In this document: positions 18,075-27,125 of the stretch, piece by piece
Numbering within the stretch: position 1 is the first letter of the stretch
Layout of the letters: each line of letters starts with the position of its first letter
NCBI GenBank assembly: GCA_965227515.1
Contig: CBDDFZ010000001.1
Coordinates: forward strand, 320,001-384,000
DNA: 64,000 nt
Direction of reading: 5' to 3'
Source: Alphaproteobacteria bacterium
GTDB taxonomy: Bacteria; Pseudomonadota; Alphaproteobacteria; CALKHQ01
Notes under the pieces: generated by a model
What the model was told of the DNA's origin: nothing
What the model saw: only the letters and a program-made list of their open reading frames with translations
Databases searched by the model: none
Position numbers and translations under genes: made by a program

Positions 18075-18548
18075 ATGGCCATCGACGAACGCGCGTTGCG
18101 CGATGCGCTGGGCGGATTTTGCACCGGCGTTACAGTAGTGACCGCGCAAACGCCGGAGGGTGAACGGCTCGGCATAACCGTGAGCTCGTTCAATTCGGTA
18201 TCGCTCGATCCGCCGTTGATCCTGTTCAGCCTGGACCTGAAGGCGCTCTCCATCGAGGGCTTTCGCGCCGCCGGCAGCTTCGCCATCAATGTGCTGAGCG
18301 CATCGCAGGAGGATATGTGCCTGCAATTCGCCCAGCCGAAGGGTGACAAGTGGGCCGGGGTCGATTTCCGGTACGGCGAGACCGGCGCCCCCATTCTGGA
18401 CGGTTGCGTGACCACCTTGGATTGCCGCACCTACGCCATCTACGACGGCGGCGACCATCTGATCTTCGTCGGCGAGGTCGTGGACATCGCGACCGACGCG
18501 GCGGTGCAACCCCTGCTCTACTATCGCGGGCGCTTCCACCGGCTGTGA
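18075..18548 (+). CDS. Flavin reductase-like FMN-binding protein
   Basis: LRDALGGFCTGVTVV, SVSLDPP, GGDHLIFVGEV. Confidence 0.92.
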   Translation: MAIDERALRDALGGFCTGVTVVTAQTPEGERLGITVSSFNSVSLDPPLILFSLDLKALSIEGFRAAGSFAINVLSASQEDMCLQFAQPKGDKWAGVDFRYGETGAPILDGCVTTLDCRTYAIYDGGDHLIFVGEVVDIATDAAVQPLLYYRGRFHRL

Positions 18549-18724
18549 TCGCCAAAGAGCTGCAATCTCGCGGGAAGTCGCCGCGCGATGCGCCAAAATG
18601 ACCGCCAAGAAATGGCTGGTTAATGACAGCCAGTTAATCTAACCATCGCGGTCGCGCACGCCGGTTCATCCCCCGATGAGTCCCTTCCGAAGGGCGAGCG
18701 TGCGCCGTCATGAGGTGAGTGCCG

Positions 18725-20728
18725 ATGTGCGGCTTGGTAGCCGTATTCGATCGATCGGGCCGGCCCGTCGACGACGGTCTGGTGCTTCGCATGCGCGATA
18801 CCATCGTGCACCGCGGCCCCGACGATGCCGGCCTGGCCCATCCGGCGGCCTTCCCAACCTCCTCCACAACGACATCCAGCGACGACGGGACGGACCCCAC
18901 GGTCGCCCTGGGCAGCCGCCGGCTCGCGATCTTGGATCTCAGCGCCGCCGGGCACATGCCGATGGTGTCGGCGGACGGCCGGATGATGCTGGCCTACAAT
19001 GGCGAGATCTACAATTTCGCCACGCTGCGCGCCGAGCTCGAGGCCGAGGGCGTATCGTTCCGCTCCCGTACCGACACCGAGGTGGTGCTGGAAGGCCTGG
19101 CACGACACGGCCCGGCGTATCTCGAGCGGCTGGTCGGCATGTTCGCGCTGGCGGCCTGGGATGCGCGGTCCCAGTCGCTGCTTCTGGCACGCGACCCGGC
19201 GGGCAAGAAGCCGCTCTATACGGCCTGGGCCGGCGACCGGCTCTATGTCGCCTCCGAGATCAAGGCGCTGTTGTGCGCGCCGGAACTGACCCGCGCCATC
19301 GACCCGGTGGCGCTGCAACAGTACATGACGCTGCAATTCGTGCTGCCGCCGCGCACGCTGTTTGCCGGCATCGGCAAGCTGGCGCCCGGCGAGGCGATGG
19401 TGGTGCCGCGCGCGGGCGAGGTCCGCCGGACCCGGTTCTGGCAGCCCTACGGCCATGTCGACCGGGATCGCGACTGGCACGACCATGCCCGGCTGGTCAG
19501 CGACGTGCGCGACGCGCTGGACCGCGCGGTCGCCGAACGCATGGTCGCCGACGTTCCCATCGGCGCCTATCTCAGCGGCGGGCTCGATTCCAGCCTGGTG
19601 GTGGCGCTGATGCAGCGGCACACCGACCGGGCGGTCGATGCCTTCACCATCACCTATCCCGAGCACCCCGACGCCGACGAGCGCGCGTTCGCGCAGATCG
19701 CCGCCGATCATACGGGTGCGCGGCTTCACACGGTGCCGGTCACCGAGGCGAACGCCCTGGATGGCCTGGACGCCTATGCCTGGCACGCCGACGTGCCGAT
19801 CGCCGATCCGGCCGCCGTAAATGCCTTCTGGACCAGCCATGGGCTGCGCACCCACGGCGTGGTCGTGGCGCTGGTCGGCGAGGGCGCCGACGAGCTGTTC
19901 TTCGGCTACCCCGGATATTTCCAGTACCAGCGGATGGCCCGGCTGTGGCGCGCCAACCGATGGCTGCCGCGCCCGCTGCGGCGGCTGGAGGGCGCGGCGC
20001 TGGCCTGGGCGATGGCGCGGACCGGGCGGGCCCGGCACGCCGACGTTGCGCGCCGTCTGGTCGACCTGGACACCATGTTCCTGACCCACGAGACCGGATT
20101 CGACCTGCCTGAGGTGGCGGGGCTGTTGGGGGCGACCTCGCCGACCCTGTCCGCCGGCCCCAGCGCGGGCCACGCCGTCGCGGACCTTCAGGCCGGCTTT
20201 TCCGCCGCGACCGGGGGCGACACCCTGAAGCTGGTCAGCACCACCGACCTGATGGCGCGGGTGGCCGAGAAACTGCTGATGCGGGTCGACAAGATGTCGA
20301 TGGCGCATTCGCTGGAAGCCCGCGCGCCTTTCATGGATCGCCGGCTGATCGACCTGGTGCTGCCGATCCCCGGCGACCTGCGGGGCCGCGCCGCACCGGG
20401 CCGCGCGCCGGAAACCAAGGGCCTGCTGCGCGCGGTGGCCGAGCCGCTGCTGCCGCCCGAGATCATCCGCCGGCCGAAGATGGGCTTCCAGCCGCCGATC
20501 GGCCACTGGCTGGCCACCAGCCTGGGCGACCGGTTCACCGACATCATCGCCAAGGGCCGCATCTTTGCCGACGGCATCTTGCGGCCGGAGCCGTGCAAGG
20601 CGCTGCTCGCCGCCCATCGTGCCGGCGGCGGGCGTCACCAGGTGAAGCTGTGGAACGTGATGTCGCTCGCCCTGTGGTATGAGCGCTTCGGCGTGAACGG
20701 GGTCGTGGGCATGGCCGAGGCGGCGTGA
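18725..20728 (+). CDS. asnB: Asparagine synthase (glutamine-hydrolysing) family amidotransferase
   Basis: N-terminal MCG, RGPDD, NGEIYN, LSGGLDSS, GEGADELF, DKMSMAHSLEAR. Confidence 0.9.
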   Translation: MCGLVAVFDRSGRPVDDGLVLRMRDTIVHRGPDDAGLAHPAAFPTSSTTTSSDDGTDPTVALGSRRLAILDLSAAGHMPMVSADGRMMLAYNGEIYNFATLRAELEAEGVSFRSRTDTEVVLEGLARHGPAYLERLVGMFALAAWDARSQSLLLARDPAGKKPLYTAWAGDRLYVASEIKALLCAPELTRAIDPVALQQYMTLQFVLPPRTLFAGIGKLAPGEAMVVPRAGEVRRTRFWQPYGHVDRDRDWHDHARLVSDVRDALDRAVAERMVADVPIGAYLSGGLDSSLVVALMQRHTDRAVDAFTITYPEHPDADERAFAQIAADHTGARLHTVPVTEANALDGLDAYAWHADVPIADPAAVNAFWTSHGLRTHGVVVALVGEGADELFFGYPGYFQYQRMARLWRANRWLPRPLRRLEGAALAWAMARTGRARHADVARRLVDLDTMFLTHETGFDLPEVAGLLGATSPTLSAGPSAGHAVADLQAGFSAATGGDTLKLVSTTDLMARVAEKLLMRVDKMSMAHSLEARAPFMDRRLIDLVLPIPGDLRGRAAPGRAPETKGLLRAVAEPLLPPEIIRRPKMGFQPPIGHWLATSLGDRFTDIIAKGRIFADGILRPEPCKALLAAHRAGGGRHQVKLWNVMSLALWYERFGVNGVVGMAEAA

Positions 20729-21864
20729 CGATGCCGCGCCTGCTGGAACCGAAAAACCGGCCGCTGCCGTCCGATATCCGCGAACTGACGTCGGTCCGCT
20801 TCTTCGCCGCGATCTGGGTGGTCATCCTGCACTTCGGGTTCGAGCTGCCGGTCCCGCTGGCGGAGGTCTCGCCGGTGTTCGAGCGCGGCGACCTGGGCGT
20901 CGACCTGTTTTTCATCCTGTCGGGCTTCATCCTGACCCACGTCTACCTGGACGGGTTCGCCGACGGGCGGTTCTCCTACCCGCGCTACATCCTCTACCGC
21001 CTGGGGCGCGTCTATCCGCTGCACCTGGTGACCTTGGCGGCCGCGATTGCGGTCATCGTGCTCGCCCAGGCCATGGGCGTCGCGGCCGAAGGGCCGGTGC
21101 CCTGGGGCGACCTGCCCGCCCACCTGCTGATGATCCACGCCTGGGGCACCACGGGCCAGACCGCCTTCAACGACCCGTCATGGTCGATCAGCGCGGAGTG
21201 GTTCGCCTATCTGGCGACGCCGGTGTTCTTCTTCATCGCGGTCAGGCTGGGGCGGTGGCCCATCGCCTTCGTCGCGGCCGGTGTCGCGCTGGTGCTGGCG
21301 GCCGACCAGTTCGCCAGGTACGTGATCGGCCGGCCGCTGACCCTGCTGATCCTGGACTACGCCGTGTTGCGCATCGCGGTCGAGTTCCTGCTTGGCTGCG
21401 CCCTCTACAAGCTGAGTGCGGCGGTCACATGCACGCGCTGGGTTGCCACGGCAATGGCGGTGGCGTGCGCCGTGGCGGCGCTGGCGCTGCTGCATTTCGG
21501 CGTCGATGCCATCGTGGTCGTGCTGCTGCACGGCGGGCTGGTCTTTGCGCTGTCGCAAATGTCCAAGCACAGCGCGGGCAACCCGATGCGCTGGAACGCG
21601 CTGGTCTACCTGGGCGAGATTTCGTACGCGATCTACATGTGCCACGCACTGGTCGACCGGGTGTATTTCTTCGAGGCCAAGAACCTGCTTGGCTACCCAT
21701 CCGGCCTGCCGCTGCCTTATTGGCTGCCGGCATTTATCGTGCTGTTCGCCGCCGCAGCGATTGCCCATCACTGGATCGAACTGCCCGGCCGCGTGCTCGT
21801 GCGGCGCTGCACCGACCGCTGGTTCCCGAAACGCGACCCCATCAGCACCCAGATCGTGCATTGA
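20725..21864 (+). CDS. Acyltransferase-3 (OafA-like) membrane O-acyltransferase
   Basis: LTSVRFFAA, GVDLFFILSGF, WSISAEW, LGEISYAIY; GTGA overlap with asnB. Confidence 0.9.
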   Translation: MTMPRLLEPKNRPLPSDIRELTSVRFFAAIWVVILHFGFELPVPLAEVSPVFERGDLGVDLFFILSGFILTHVYLDGFADGRFSYPRYILYRLGRVYPLHLVTLAAAIAVIVLAQAMGVAAEGPVPWGDLPAHLLMIHAWGTTGQTAFNDPSWSISAEWFAYLATPVFFFIAVRLGRWPIAFVAAGVALVLAADQFARYVIGRPLTLLILDYAVLRIAVEFLLGCALYKLSAAVTCTRWVATAMAVACAVAALALLHFGVDAIVVVLLHGGLVFALSQMSKHSAGNPMRWNALVYLGEISYAIYMCHALVDRVYFFEAKNLLGYPSGLPLPYWLPAFIVLFAAAAIAHHWIELPGRVLVRRCTDRWFPKRDPISTQIVH

Positions 21865-21871
21865 ACTCTTC

Positions 21872-22006
21872 TCAGCTTCCGCTGAAGTCTGCGCCAGCCC
21901 TCGCTCATTACCCTGCGGTCGCGCATCCGCGCGCCCTTTTGGCACCCGGCCACCCAGCAGGATATTGTCGTTGGGTGGCCGGGCCGGGCAGAGGGCCGGT
22001 GCCGAC
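21872..22006 (+). repeat. Hairpin element family C, copy 2 (long left arm, short right arm)
   Basis: TCAGCTTCCGCTGAAGTCTGCGCCAGCCC...CAGGATATTGTCGTT...GGGCCGGTGCCGAC. Confidence 0.9.
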
Positions 22007-22092
22007 TTGAACCGAAAGCCAGCTTGGTTCTCGCCTGCCGTCGCGCGACCCACTATGGTGCCGGCGTTTCGCAGATCCAACGCACGCACGGC

Positions 22093-23517
22093 ATGACAAA
22101 CGACAGCAAAGACAACGCCAAGACCCAGGACGACCGCACCGCCAACAAGATGTGGGGTGGCCGGTTCGAGACCGCGCCCGACGCGGTGATGGAGCAGATC
22201 AACGCCTCCATCGGCTTCGACCAACGGCTCTACCGGCAGGACATCGCCGGCAGCCTGGCGCACGCGCGCATGCTGGTGGCCCAGGGCATCATCGGCGCCG
22301 CCGACGGCCAGCAGATCGCAGATGGCTTGGCCGAGATCGAGCGCGAGATTGACGACGGCCAGTTCGCGTTCTCCACCGCGCTGGAAGACATCCACATGAA
22401 CGTGGAGGCCCGGCTGACCGCGCTGATCGGCCCGGCGGCCGGACGGCTGCATACCGCGCGCTCGCGCAACGACCAGGTGGCGACCGACTTCAAGCTGTGG
22501 GTGCGCGACGCCATCGACAATGTCGATGGCCTGCTGGCCGACCTGCAGGCTGCCCTGATCGGGCAGGCCGAAGGCCACGCCGCGACCCTGATGCCGGGCT
22601 ACACCCATCTGCAGACCGCGCAGCCGATCACCTTCGGCCACCACCTGCTGGCCTATGTGGAGATGTTCGGGCGCGACCGGGGCCGGTTCGCCGACGCCCG
22701 CGCACGGCTGAACGAGTGCCCGCTGGGTGCCGCGGCGCTGGCCGGCACCGCGTTCCCCATCGACCGCGCGGCGACGGCGCAGGCGCTGGGCTTCGACCGG
22801 CCCACCGCCAACTCGCTGGACAGCGTCTCGGACCGCGACTTCGCGCTTGAGTTCCTGTCCGCCGCCGCCATTGCCGCCACTCACCTCTCACGCTTCGCCG
22901 AGGAGCTGGTGCTGTGGAGCAGCCAGGAGTTCGGCTTCATCCAGCTTAGCGATGCCTGGACCACCGGCAGCTCGATCATGCCGCAGAAGCGCAATCCCGA
23001 CGCCGCCGAACTGGTGCGCGGCAAGGCCGGGCGCATTATCGGCGCGATGATCGCGCTGATGACGGTGATGAAGGGCCTGCCGATGGCCTATGGCAAGGAC
23101 ATGCAGGAGGACAAGGAGCCGGTGTTCGAGGCCCATGACAGCCTCGCACTCTGCCTGGCCGCCAGCGCCGGCATGGCGCGCGACATCCAGGCCGATCCGG
23201 CGGCCATGCGCCGGTCGCTGGAGCGCGGCTTCCCCACCGCCACCGACCTGGCCGACTGGCTGGTGCGCGAGGCCGGTTTGCCCTTCCGCGAAGCGCACCA
23301 TATTACCGGTCAGGTCGTTCGACTGGCGGAGGAGCGGGGCTGTGGCCTCGCCGACTTGCCGCTGGACGGCTTGCAGGCCATCGAGCCGAAAATCACCGAC
23401 GCGGTCTATGCCGCGCTCGACATCGACCGGGCGGTTGCCAGCCGCAACAGCCTGGGCGGCACCGCGCCCGACCGGGTGCGCGACGCCGCCGCCGCCGCCA
23501 GAAAGAGGTTCCTGTGA
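22093..23517 (+). CDS. argH: Argininosuccinate lyase
   Basis: [28 protein letters not shown]. Confidence 0.97.
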   Translation: MTNDSKDNAKTQDDRTANKMWGGRFETAPDAVMEQINASIGFDQRLYRQDIAGSLAHARMLVAQGIIGAADGQQIADGLAEIEREIDDGQFAFSTALEDIHMNVEARLTALIGPAAGRLHTARSRNDQVATDFKLWVRDAIDNVDGLLADLQAALIGQAEGHAATLMPGYTHLQTAQPITFGHHLLAYVEMFGRDRGRFADARARLNECPLGAAALAGTAFPIDRAATAQALGFDRPTANSLDSVSDRDFALEFLSAAAIAATHLSRFAEELVLWSSQEFGFIQLSDAWTTGSSIMPQKRNPDAAELVRGKAGRIIGAMIALMTVMKGLPMAYGKDMQEDKEPVFEAHDSLALCLAASAGMARDIQADPAAMRRSLERGFPTATDLADWLVREAGLPFREAHHITGQVVRLAEERGCGLADLPLDGLQAIEPKITDAVYAALDIDRAVASRNSLGGTAPDRVRDAAAAARKRFL

Positions 23518-24284
23518 AGATCCAGCCCGTAGCGTTCACTGCACATGCAACTGCCGGACAGTCCACTGGGCGCGCGCCGCCGGCCGACGACCTGGTGCTC
23601 TATGAGCTGGCCGGCGTCGAGGGCCGGGTCTTCAGCCCGTTCTGCTGGCGCGCGCGCCTGGCACTGGCCCACAAGGGCCTGGCCTTCACCTGCCAGCCGA
23701 CCGTCTATGCCGAGATCGCCGGTATCGGCGACGGCACCCACAAGACCGTGCCGGTGCTGCAGCACGGCACCACGTTCGTCCACGACAGCGCGGCCATAGC
23801 GGATTACCTGGAGACCAATTGGCCGGACCGGCCCTCGCTGTTCGGCGGCATCGCCGGGCGCGCGCTGACCGACTTCGTGAAGGCGTGGACCGAGTCCGTG
23901 CAGCCGCGCCTGATGCAGATGATCTGCGTCGACATCCACGACCATCTCGATCCCGGCGACCGCGATTATTTCCGCGAAACGCGGCAGCATCGCCTGGGCA
24001 AGGCGCTGGAGGACTGCCAGGGCGCGCGGGACGGCAATATCGAAGCCTACAGGCAGGCATTGCAGCCGCTGCGCGCGGTGCTGGGGGCGCACTCGTTCAT
24101 CGGTGGGGAGGCGCCGCTCTATGCCGACTACATCGTGCTCGCCATGTTCATGTGGGCGCGCTCGGTCAGCCCGTTCCAGGTGCTGGCCGACGACGACCCG
24201 ATCCGCGGCTGGATCGGGCGCTGCCGTGGGCTGATGGGCGAGGTGATGGACGGCACGGTGGGCTATGACGAAACCCTCCGATAA
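23514..24284 (+). CDS. Glutathione S-transferase family protein (LigE/beta-etherase-like clade)
   Basis: [37 protein letters not shown]; start uncertain. Confidence 0.8.
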   Translation: MKIQPVAFTAHATAGQSTGRAPPADDLVLYELAGVEGRVFSPFCWRARLALAHKGLAFTCQPTVYAEIAGIGDGTHKTVPVLQHGTTFVHDSAAIADYLETNWPDRPSLFGGIAGRALTDFVKAWTESVQPRLMQMICVDIHDHLDPGDRDYFRETRQHRLGKALEDCQGARDGNIEAYRQALQPLRAVLGAHSFIGGEAPLYADYIVLAMFMWARSVSPFQVLADDDPIRGWIGRCRGLMGEVMDGTVGYDETLR

Positions 24285-25440
24285 AGGAAACCGCCTGGGC
24301 CTCGCGACCCGGGTCATTCACGCCGGCCAAGAGCCCGACCCCACCACCGGCGCCATCATGACGCCGATCTACGCCACCTCCACCTTCGTGCAGGCGAGCC
24401 CCGGCCAGCACAAGGGCTATGAGTACGCGCGCACCGCCAACCCCACCCGCGGCGCGTTCGAGCGCTGTATCGCCGACCTGGAGAACGGGCGGGCCGGCTT
24501 CGCCTTCGCCTCCGGCATGGCGGCGACCGCGACCGTGCTGGAGCTGCTGGACTCAGGCGACCACGTCGTCGCCATGGACGACCTCTATGGCGGCACCTAC
24601 CGGCTGTTCGAGCGCGTGCGCAAGCGCACCGCCGGGCTCGATTTCAGCTTCGTCGACCTGACCGACCCGGCGGCGCTCGACGCCGCGATCAAGCCGAACA
24701 CCCGGATGGTGTGGGTGGAGACGCCGACCAACCCGATGATGCGGCTGGTCGACCTGGCCGCCATCGCCGAGCGCGCCAAGCGGCACAACATCCTGGCGGT
24801 CGCCGACAACACCTTCGCCACCCCGGCGCTGCAGCGCCCGCTGGACCACGGCTTCGACATCGTGGTGCACTCGGTGACCAAGTTCATCAACGGCCATTCC
24901 GACATGGTGGGCGGCGTGGTGGTGGTCGGACCTCGGCCCGAGCTGGCCGAGCAGATGGCGTTCCTGCAGAACGCGGTCGGCGCCATCGCCGGGCCGTTCG
25001 ACAGCTTCCTGGCGCTCAGGGGGGTAAAGACCCTGTCGGTGCGCGTCGACCGCCACAACACCAACGGGCAGGCAATTGCCGCCTTCCTGGAGGCGCACCC
25101 GAAGGTGGAGCAGGTGATCTACCCGGGGCTTGCCAGCCACCCACAGCATGAGCTCGCCAAGCGCCAGATGACCGGCGGGTTCGGCGGCATGATCACCGCC
25201 ACGCTCAGCGGCGGGCTGGACCAGGCGCGCCGCTTCCTGGAGCGGGTGGAGATCTTCGCGCTGGCCGAGAGCCTGGGCGGAGTGGAAAGCCTGATCGAAC
25301 ACCCGGCGATCATGACCCACGCCTCGATCCCCCCGGAGGTGCGCGCCGAACTCGGCATCTCCGACGGGCTGGTGCGGCTGTCCTGCGGCATCGAGGATGT
25401 CGACGACCTGATCGCCGACCTGGAGCAGGCGCTGGCTTAG
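24265..25440 (+). CDS. metB: Cystathionine gamma-synthase/gamma-lyase
   Basis: YARTANPTR, ETPTNP, DNTF, HSVTKFINGHSD (PLP Lys), AESLGGVESL. Confidence 0.88.
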   Translation: MTKPSDKGNRLGLATRVIHAGQEPDPTTGAIMTPIYATSTFVQASPGQHKGYEYARTANPTRGAFERCIADLENGRAGFAFASGMAATATVLELLDSGDHVVAMDDLYGGTYRLFERVRKRTAGLDFSFVDLTDPAALDAAIKPNTRMVWVETPTNPMMRLVDLAAIAERAKRHNILAVADNTFATPALQRPLDHGFDIVVHSVTKFINGHSDMVGGVVVVGPRPELAEQMAFLQNAVGAIAGPFDSFLALRGVKTLSVRVDRHNTNGQAIAAFLEAHPKVEQVIYPGLASHPQHELAKRQMTGGFGGMITATLSGGLDQARRFLERVEIFALAESLGGVESLIEHPAIMTHASIPPEVRAELGISDGLVRLSCGIEDVDDLIADLEQALA

Positions 25441-25500
25441 GCCGCGAACTCTCGCGCCGTCGCACCGCCCGGCCGACAGTACTCGGCAAGGCTTCAATCC

Positions 25501-25515
25501 TTAACGACATATTAA
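25501..25515. promoter_or_regulatory. CtrA-type box TTAA-N7-TTAA
   Basis: TTAA-CGACATA-TTAA ~130 bp upstream of 25644 ORF. Confidence 0.55.
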
Positions 25516-25643
25516 AGCTTGTGATCGCGGTCACAGGCCGCGCTCGAATTGCGGCCGTGGTGTGAAACCTTTTGGGCAAGTGCGGCGACCACTGGATATT
25601 CGGCCCAACAGAGGCCGTAAATAATGAGACGGAGAAGAGACCA

Positions 25644-26027
25644 ATGTTGAAGAAAACCATCACCACCTTTGTCGGCGCTGCTGTGATTACTGCGGCAACT
25701 TCGGCTTCACTGTTCGCAGACAACGGCGCGGCACCCGCCGCCGGCGTGGCGGTCGACCAGGCGGTGGCACCGGCCATCGTCACCGCGAACCCGACGCCGA
25801 CCCTGCCCGACGACGACACGCTAGACCGGTTGGTCGACCTGCTGGGCCCTTCCGTGCCGCGCCCGGATATCGGCAACTTCGCATCGCGGCCCGGCGGCAT
25901 CGACGGCAAGACCTATTGCTGCGACCAGCAGGACAACTGCTACGAGGTCGACCTGCTGACGCTCTGCCCGGCCGACTGGATCAAGACCCACTGCGACGAC
26001 GAAGGCAACTGCGAGGACGAGGAGTAG
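25644..26027 (+). CDS. Small secreted protein with Cys-rich acidic C-terminal domain
   Basis: GGAGAAGAG RBS; signal peptide MLKKTITTFVGAAVITAATSASLFA; CC-x5-C-x8-C-x8-C-x5-C. Confidence 0.75.
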   Translation: MLKKTITTFVGAAVITAATSASLFADNGAAPAAGVAVDQAVAPAIVTANPTPTLPDDDTLDRLVDLLGPSVPRPDIGNFASRPGGIDGKTYCCDQQDNCYEVDLLTLCPADWIKTHCDDEGNCEDEE

Positions 26028-26253
26028 TCGTGCCGGCAGCCATCCCTCCCTCTGAGCTGCACCCACGACACAAGGCACCCGGGCGGTCTCCCACCGTCCG
26101 GGTGCACGCATTTGCCCGGTCGGCGACGACCGGTCAGTCGCCCAATCTGGCACTACACGCATTGCCGCATGGCCTTGAGCGCCGCGCCTTGGCAATATCG
26201 CGTCGCGCGCGCCGGCTCGATCCAGGCGCAGCTCACCGCTCGGAGGGACAGAC

Positions 26254-27117
26254 ATGCTCAGAATGGCGCTCCTGCCCGCGACAGCCTTGCTGTGCGTCTC
26301 GGCCCAGTGGGTCACGGCGCAAGCCGACGACCGTTGGATGTCGATCCCGGCGCCGCCGCCGATGCCCGACGCCGCCGAAAGCGGCCTCGCCCCGGTCAAT
26401 GGCATCGAGATGTACTACGCGGTCTATGGCGACGGGGACGGCACGCCGATCCTGCTGGTCCACGGCGGGCTGGCCCATGGCGACGTCTGGGCGGCCCAGG
26501 TGGCCGACCTGATGACCGACCACACGGTCATCGTCGCCGACACCCGCGGCCACGGCCGCTCCAACAATGACGGCAGCGTCTACGCGTACGATCTGTTGGC
26601 CGAGGACTACCTCGCCCTGCTCGACCATCTGGGCGTCGACGCCGTGCACCTGGTCGGCTGGTCCGACGGCGCGAACATCGGCTACACGATCTCCACCGCC
26701 GCGCCCGAGCGCCTGGCCAGCCATTTCGCCCACGCCGGCAACGTTACCCTGGATGGCATCGACCCCGCGGTGGAGACCGACGAGGTGTTCGGCGCCTATG
26801 TCGGCATGATGGCCGCGGACTATGTCGCGATGTCGCCCACGCCGGACGGCTTCGATGCGTTCATCGAGGGGATCGTCGCCATGTGGAGCAGCGAGAAGCC
26901 CGGCGCGTTCGAGGCGCTGGAGGCGGTGACCGTGCCCACCCTGGTGGTGCAGAGCGCATATGACGAGGCGATCCTGATGGAGCACGCCCAGCGTATCGCC
27001 GACACCATCCCCGGTGCCGCGTTGCTGGTGCTGGAGGACGTCAGCCACTTCGCGTCGTTCCAGGCGCCGGACGAATATACGGCGGCGATCCGCGCCTTCA
27101 TTGACGGCTTGGAATAG
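26254..27117 (+). CDS. Secreted alpha/beta-fold hydrolase
   Basis: Signal peptide; HGG, DTRGHGRS, GWSDG nucleophile, C-terminal SH. Confidence 0.9.
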   Translation: MLRMALLPATALLCVSAQWVTAQADDRWMSIPAPPPMPDAAESGLAPVNGIEMYYAVYGDGDGTPILLVHGGLAHGDVWAAQVADLMTDHTVIVADTRGHGRSNNDGSVYAYDLLAEDYLALLDHLGVDAVHLVGWSDGANIGYTISTAAPERLASHFAHAGNVTLDGIDPAVETDEVFGAYVGMMAADYVAMSPTPDGFDAFIEGIVAMWSSEKPGAFEALEAVTVPTLVVQSAYDEAILMEHAQRIADTIPGAALLVLEDVSHFASFQAPDEYTAAIRAFIDGLE

Positions 27118-27125
27118 GGAGCAAC

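Noticed and set aside
18673-18700. CCGATGAG-stem-GAGC resembling a hammerhead ribozyme core
   Set aside because: Invariant CUGA and GAAA core residues are mismatched; kept only as a generic fold
18725-20728. AsnB as lasso-peptide cyclase
   Set aside because: Intact N-terminal Cys glutaminase domain, and no precursor, B protein or RRE nearby
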